A DNA stretch of 64,000 nt from an uncultured Candidatus Saccharibacteria bacterium (GTDB lineage Bacteria > Patescibacteriota > Dojkabacteria > SC72): positions 8,147 through 72,146 of the forward strand of contig CAYOEG010000002.1 in the NCBI GenBank assembly GCA_964403155.1. Reading direction: 5' to 3'. Positions 59,501-64,000 of this stretch are shown piece by piece (position 1 is the first letter of the stretch; each line of letters opens with the position of its first letter). Under the pieces are notes generated by a model. That model made no database searches, was not told the origin of the DNA, and saw only the letters and a list, made by a program, of their open reading frames with translations. Made by a program: the position numbers and the translations under genes.

Positions 59501-59889
59501 CTAACTCCATTGAATACGAAGACTCCATCTTCGGTCATGATTGGAAGATCTGCAATGAAGATTTCCTGCTCTTTAATTTCTCCTGTCTTATTATTCAAAA
59601 GCTGAACTTTTGCATATACAGGAACTTCGTATGATAGTCCCTTTGCGATAGCTTCTTCTACAGATCTATATGGCTTACCATATCTAAAATCTTTGAACTC
59701 CAAAGTCCACATCTTCTCCATAGTATCCTTAACAGGATTAATCTTGGAGAAAAGCCTTTGGAAGCCACTCGCATAGAAATCATTAAACGAAGCATTCTGT
59801 GCTTCAATTAGACTTGGGAAGTCAAAATTGGAGGAGTATCCTAGTCCCAAATCTATTCTACCGGACCTATTACATTGAGGTTTGATCAT
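56500..59889 (-). CDS. rpoB: RNA polymerase beta subunit
   Basis: DDIDHL.NRR, FMDQ, GDKLAGRHG, GGQRFGEMEVWALE. Confidence 0.98.
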   Translation of the reverse strand: MIKPQCNRSGRIDLGLGYSSNFDFPSLIEAQNASFNDFYASGFQRLFSKINPVKDTMEKMWTLEFKDFRYGKPYRSVEEAIAKGLSYEVPVYAKVQLLNNKTGEIKEQEIFIADLPIMTEDGVFVFNGVRRVVTHQIVRAEGVLYEVSEKLPTRNLHKVRLMPSMGPWYEIDTNKHNVISMRILPKRPKVLITELLRVFGWETDDEIRKLFADVDTDAENKFIEATLARDFTKSKEEAVISIYNKLRPDESVTIDSAEKYIKSNFFNARKFNLGKIGRYQLNRKLGTSYNIDNPEEVLLYPKDIVLVVKRLIQTNNGVIPADDIDHLCNRRIRSVGEILERQLVAGIARLEKNIKDKMSLYGQDAKVTPSMLVGTKPIAASIQSFFGANALSSFMDQTNILSELENKRKVTAGGPGGITKERATFSIREVHNSHYSKFDPVTSPESANIGVVTQLAMLARINEFGFLEAPYRKVSKAVKNNKAALEGRALIEDLKSGKKTLAKAGEIITEEIAGKIAAEKEIKEVNVRPFISDEVVYFDAMDEEKFYISSATVNTDERGNIVDNLVPVRHKGDFVLEDVNAVDFVDVLAGQQAGLGMALVPFVSHNDAMRALTGANQQRQAVPLIKQESPLVGTGMEEVVARQSSWGVYAEDDGEILYVDAKRLSVKYKKAGVKDYELISFYRSNDNTCFTQKPVLSNVGDKFKKGDALVDGPTVVNGELSLGTNLKAALMFYEGYNYEDSVIISERIVRDDLLTSVHVREYPIQIRDTELGPETITADIPHVNDRILHKLDAQGIVRTGVKVKAGDILVGVVAPRGEKELTAEERLLRAIFGESASDVRDNSLRMPHGEEGIVVRSQILAANKGDKLQPGVLYEVKVWVADTKKVDYGDKLAGRHGDKNTIAAIRPIEDMPFTEDGEPVDIVLTPTFLKRMNMGQAAEVHFGRYAKMLNQKLAFPIFEGENFEWLKNEIEKAKGDVSQKVDLYDGRTGKKFPNKITVGIKYVLKLHHIADEKVHARSTGPYTAVSQQPLGGKAQMGGQRFGEMEVWALEAHSSPYALQEMLTIKSDDIKGRSAAYKAIIHGDKIEAVNIPESFKVLIKELNALCLNLDLISNKSSVEEVEEVSNEEVK

Positions 59890-60033
59890 AAGACGATATT
59901 TTAGTAATGTTATAACATATTACTCTTGCATTCAAGCGGTGAATGATTCCTGCGAACCATTAAAAAGTACCGCGTTGTAAAGCAAAAACATAGGAACTCG
60001 AAGGATATTATCATATTTAGCGGTATTAGTCAA
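59890..60033 (-). promoter_or_regulatory. rpoB promoter and structured 5' leader
   Basis: TTGACT-17-TAATAT (60033-60005) followed by a ~110-nt leader with nested stems. Confidence 0.55.
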
Positions 60034-60136
60034 AGGTTTTTTGCGCCTTTTTTACTATTCACTTAAAGTGGTAAGTATTGTATGGTATATGTGTACTTTG
60101 TAAAAATCCTTAATCTGTTTTATCATATACTACAAA

Positions 60137-62383
60137 ATGCCCAGGAAAAAGAAAAAAGAGCCAATCACAATCAAAAGTAACGAACTAAAAATCTTGTTCG
60201 GGATTGTATTGTTTGTACTTGGAATTACAATCACATTAGCACCATTCATACCACAAGATTCGGTGCTTTTTGACACTATCACTTTACAATTAGGATATTC
60301 TGCTATCTCTTGGGGACTTTTACTCATATACATATCATTCTTTTTGCTTACCAAAGGAAAGAGGTTTAAATCTCTTAGACAAGTAATCGGGCTGTTATTA
60401 TTCTCAGCATGTCTCAGTACATTGCTTTCATTCTGGCAGACTCCAGAACAACTTGGTAGTAGTGAAGCTCTTCGAGGAGCCGGAGGAGAGATTGGGAAAT
60501 TCTTCCATATGACTCTAAATGGGACATTTGGGAATTTGATAGAGATAATAATAGTATTAGTACTTCTAGTGGTAGCATTCTCCTTGATTACTGGAACTAC
60601 ACTTGAGCAGATAATGGAATTCGTAGAGTCCCCAATGAAAAAAGATGGCGAAAAAGAGAAATTTAGCCTAGGAGGATTATTCTCTGGTATCAAGATTCAG
60701 GGTGGAGAAGACGGAGAGAAAGAAGCAAGACTTACAGTCCCTATGGAAGAATTAGGTAAAGAACCAGAGATTAGAATGTACGGAGAAGATAGTAAGAAAG
60801 ATGAGGATGTATACCAAGAGCCACAGATCAAGACTGTAAATGAGGATAATTTTCCCGAGAATATTCCTGATGACCAAACCAGGGCAGATGAACTTGGGGA
60901 ACCTTCAAGACCAAAATACACTAATTGGACATTCCCAAACATTGACTTACTACAAGAAGGCGAGGTTCGAAAACAAGACGAGAAACTTTACAGAACTAAA
61001 GCGGAAGTTATTCAGAGCACACTTAAGAACTTTGGAATAGAGGCAAAGGTTGTAGAAATTGCTGTAGGACCAACTGTTTTAAGATTCTCTCTAGCTATTA
61101 CAGTTGGAACAAAAGTATCTAGAATTAAAAATCTTAGCAATGATTTAGCCTTAGCATTGGCATCCCAGACATCTTCAGTAAGGGTTGAGGCCCCTATTCC
61201 GGGAACATCATATGTCGGCGTTGAGATTCCAAATCCAATTCCTAACTATGTGTATACAAGAGATATGGTAAAGAAATTAAGACAAGAAGCAGAAAGATAT
61301 GAACTACCTTTGATACTAGGAAAAGATATCACTGGGAAGACAGCAATTCGAGATCTTAACAAGATTCCACATCTGTTAGTAGCAGGAGCAACAGGTACTG
61401 GAAAATCTGTAGCTATAAACTCCTTGATATTAGGCCTTTTGATGACAAAAACTCCTGACGAAGTTAAATTCATAATGATCGATCCTAAGATGGGTGTTGA
61501 GATGGCTGCATACAATGGTATCCCTCATCTCCTAACCCCAGTTATCACTGATATGGAACTTGTTGTTAATGCTCTTCAGTGGGTTATTAACGAAATGATG
61601 AAGAGATACAGACAACTCAAACAGATGCATGTTAAGAAATTAACAGAATACAACAAGGCACTTGGATATACTGCCATGCCATACGTTGTAGTCGTCATCG
61701 ATGAAATGGCAGATCTAATGCTCACATCTGGAGTTGATGTTGAAGGTAAAATTCAAAGACTTGCCCAGATGGGTAGAGCCGTTGGTATACATCTGATTCT
61801 TGCTACACAAAGACCTACTGTAAACGTAATCACAGGATTAATCAAAGCGAATGTCCCAGGAAGAATGGCGTTTGCAGTTGCTACAGCTATGGACTCAAGA
61901 GTTATTTTGGACGATACTGGTGCAGAAACACTTCTTGGTAATGGTGATATGTTGTTTAAAGACCAAAGCACTCCAAAAGCAATTAGAATCCAAGGCACAT
62001 TTACGTCAACAGAAGATAGTGAAAATATCATTAATGCAATCAAGGAACAAGTCGCAGAAGAAGAAGTTGAATATTCAGAAGATCTTCTCAATGCCATTGA
62101 GAAAGGTAGCAATGACAGTACAGGAGTAAACAAGGGAGGTTCTGAAAGAGATCCAGATTTCCCATTAGCTCTAGAAATTGTCATATCGAATCAGAAAGCA
62201 TCTTCCTCATTCCTTCAAAGAAAGATGAAAATCGGTTACAACAAGGCAGCAAGATTAATAGATGAGCTTTATGAAGCAGGTGCTATTGGCCCTCAAGATG
62301 GTAGCAAACCAAGACAAGTATTGGTATCTTCTCCCAATCAAATATTAAAAACTGGCGATGATGGTGACGTACAGAGTGAATAA
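60137..62383 (+). CDS. ftsK: DNA translocase FtsK/SpoIIIE
   Basis: N-terminal TMs, PHLLVAGATGTGKS, IDPK, DEMADLM, ATQRP, gamma domain LQRKMKIGYNKAARL. Confidence 0.97.
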   Translation: MPRKKKKEPITIKSNELKILFGIVLFVLGITITLAPFIPQDSVLFDTITLQLGYSAISWGLLLIYISFFLLTKGKRFKSLRQVIGLLLFSACLSTLLSFWQTPEQLGSSEALRGAGGEIGKFFHMTLNGTFGNLIEIIIVLVLLVVAFSLITGTTLEQIMEFVESPMKKDGEKEKFSLGGLFSGIKIQGGEDGEKEARLTVPMEELGKEPEIRMYGEDSKKDEDVYQEPQIKTVNEDNFPENIPDDQTRADELGEPSRPKYTNWTFPNIDLLQEGEVRKQDEKLYRTKAEVIQSTLKNFGIEAKVVEIAVGPTVLRFSLAITVGTKVSRIKNLSNDLALALASQTSSVRVEAPIPGTSYVGVEIPNPIPNYVYTRDMVKKLRQEAERYELPLILGKDITGKTAIRDLNKIPHLLVAGATGTGKSVAINSLILGLLMTKTPDEVKFIMIDPKMGVEMAAYNGIPHLLTPVITDMELVVNALQWVINEMMKRYRQLKQMHVKKLTEYNKALGYTAMPYVVVVIDEMADLMLTSGVDVEGKIQRLAQMGRAVGIHLILATQRPTVNVITGLIKANVPGRMAFAVATAMDSRVILDDTGAETLLGNGDMLFKDQSTPKAIRIQGTFTSTEDSENIINAIKEQVAEEEVEYSEDLLNAIEKGSNDSTGVNKGGSERDPDFPLALEIVISNQKASSSFLQRKMKIGYNKAARLIDELYEAGAIGPQDGSKPRQVLVSSPNQILKTGDDGDVQSE

Positions 62384-62400
62384 GTAGTACAATTGGCGAT

Positions 62401-63336
62401 ATGATAACAGCAGGAGAAGTATTAAAGAAAAAAAGAAATTCCCTTGGGAGATCGCTTGATATATCATCCCAAGATACACGAATACAGAAAAGATTCCTTT
62501 CGTATATTGAGAATAACGAATTTGATAAGTTTGATTCTGAAGTTTTCCTTACAGGATTCATAAAGATATATTCACAATATTTGGGATTAGATACAGAGAA
62601 GGTTCTAGCACTTTACAGACGAAGCGTACCTAAAAAGAAGGTAAAAAAGAATAAAGGAAAAGAACCAAATATTTCAAAATTTAAGAAATCAATACTTACA
62701 CCAAAAGCTTTAGTGACAACGCTCTCCGTGTTATTCTTTTTAATTGTTTTTGGATATATTGGACTTCAGATATATAAATTTCAGAGTCCACCAACACTTA
62801 CAATTAGCAATCCAATAGATGAAGGTACTACAGATCAACCCAGCACTGTTGTTCAAGGAAATACACAACCAGGCGTAATACTCGAAATAAACGGATCTAT
62901 TGTCAACATCGATACTAAAGGCAATTTCTCACAAGAGATAACGTTAAATGAGGGTGTAAATATCATAACTATAAAAGCTAGAAAAAATGCTAACAATATA
63001 TTAGAGACTTCAGAAGTTAGAAAAATCACATATACAAAACCAACAGAACAGGCTGCATCAGAGCCAACTGTAAAAAAATTCAAATTGAAAATAGAAATCA
63101 GCGGAGCAAGTTCGTGGATAAAACTCGATGTTGATGGATCTAATAAAGTTGCAAAAGTTGTAGAACCTTCAACTACAGAATATTCTCTAACCAATGGTTT
63201 CTACATCATTACCGGCCGTTCCGCAAACACAAAGGTATATGTAAATGACGAAATAATAGCTTGGAAAACAAATAATTCTACAGGTGTCGCAGAAATTACA
63301 TGCAACATTTCAGACCAATCATTAATGTGTGAATAA
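62401..63336 (+). CDS. rodZ: RodZ-like protein (HTH, TM, Ig-like domain)
   Basis: GEVLKKKR...TRIQKRFL.YIE...GFIKIYSQYLGLD; downstream of ftsK. Confidence 0.8.
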   Translation: MITAGEVLKKKRNSLGRSLDISSQDTRIQKRFLSYIENNEFDKFDSEVFLTGFIKIYSQYLGLDTEKVLALYRRSVPKKKVKKNKGKEPNISKFKKSILTPKALVTTLSVLFFLIVFGYIGLQIYKFQSPPTLTISNPIDEGTTDQPSTVVQGNTQPGVILEINGSIVNIDTKGNFSQEITLNEGVNIITIKARKNANNILETSEVRKITYTKPTEQAASEPTVKKFKLKIEISGASSWIKLDVDGSNKVAKVVEPSTTEYSLTNGFYIITGRSANTKVYVNDEIIAWKTNNSTGVAEITCNISDQSLMCE

Positions 63337-63373
63337 AAGAAACTGCCCCTAGTAAAATGCTATAATTATCTAC

Positions 63374-64000
63374 ATGGATAATGATTCTAACCAAATAGAA
63401 GAGATAAAGAGTCGATTAGATATCGTACAGATTATCGAGAAATATGTACCGCTAAAACAAGCTGGTAAAAATTACTCAGGATTGTGTCCATTTCATCATG
63501 AGAAAACTCCCTCGTTCATTGTCAGTCCAGATATACAGAGATATAAATGTTTTGGTTGTGGAGAATCTGGTGATATGTTCAATTTTATTCAAAAAATTGA
63601 GAATCTCGATTTCCCAGAAACGCTACAAAAACTTGCAAAAGATGCTGGTGTGGAGTTGAAGCAATTTCAAAGTAATCCAAAATACTCCCGATTAGAGGAT
63701 ATTAACTATTTAGCCACTAAATATTACTACAATCAACTAAAAACCAACAAAATTGCCTTAGACTATATCTCTAAGAAAAGGAATTTTTCACATGATTCAA
63801 TAAAGCAATTTGGCATTGGCTATGCCCCAAAATACCCCAAATTGTTGGAGTATATTGGGAAAAACAAATTTAAAACACAGGAACTGATAGACTCGGGATT
63901 GTTTGTACTGAAAGATGGGAAAATGAAAGAGAAATTTTACGATAGAATCATGTTTCCGATACGATCATCCAGAGGAAAAGTTATTGGATTTTCTGGAAGA
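63374..64000 (+). CDS. dnaG: DNA primase (5' part; continues outside window)
   Basis: Manual translation MDNDSNQIEEIKSRLDIV...GLCPFHHEKTPSF...YKCFGCGESGD...FYDRIMFPI...VIGFSGR; TGcTATAAT 7 nt before ATG. Confidence 0.96.
   Translation, partial: MDNDSNQIEEIKSRLDIVQIIEKYVPLKQAGKNYSGLCPFHHEKTPSFIVSPDIQRYKCFGCGESGDMFNFIQKIENLDFPETLQKLAKDAGVELKQFQSNPKYSRLEDINYLATKYYYNQLKTNKIALDYISKKRNFSHDSIKQFGIGYAPKYPKLLEYIGKNKFKTQELIDSGLFVLKDGKMKEKFYDRIMFPIRSSRGKVIGFSGR

Overview
Low-GC, gene-dense bacterial chromosome segment. The gene set points to Patescibacteria (CPR), possibly Dojkabacteria-like; this is an inference from the PrgI/VirB4 core cluster, ~600-aa AlaRS, protease-less Lon, orphan solute-binding protein and sortase with Ig-like surface proteins. 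Housekeeping genes dominate: two archaeal-type aspS, dnaJ, alaS-yqgF-mltG-LCP-holA, rpsT, lepA-recF, folD-glyA-dcd-sufS, groES-groEL, murJ, comF, hrcA-grpE-dnaK, rplY, rpoB-rpoC-rpsL-rpsG, ftsK-rodZ and partial dnaG. No rRNA, tRNA, CRISPR array or transposase was seen. Main findings: (1) a complete transcription-attenuating T-box riboswitch with an ultra-short Stem I and an Asn (AAC) specifier, upstream of a second, non-discriminating-type AspRS in a small island; (2) repeated local strand-composition flips (G/T-rich left flank, A/C-rich right flank on the + strand) bracketing accessory genes, plus one inside alaS; (3) an unassigned ~217-nt rod-like hairpin (6S-RNA-like) between the hrcA and rplY promoters; (4) a relaxed CIRCE regulon (dnaJ, groES, hrcA); (5) many apparently leaderless promoters; (6) a heavily substituted rifampicin pocket in RpoB. 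All calls come from reading the sequence by eye; no searches or folding programs were run.
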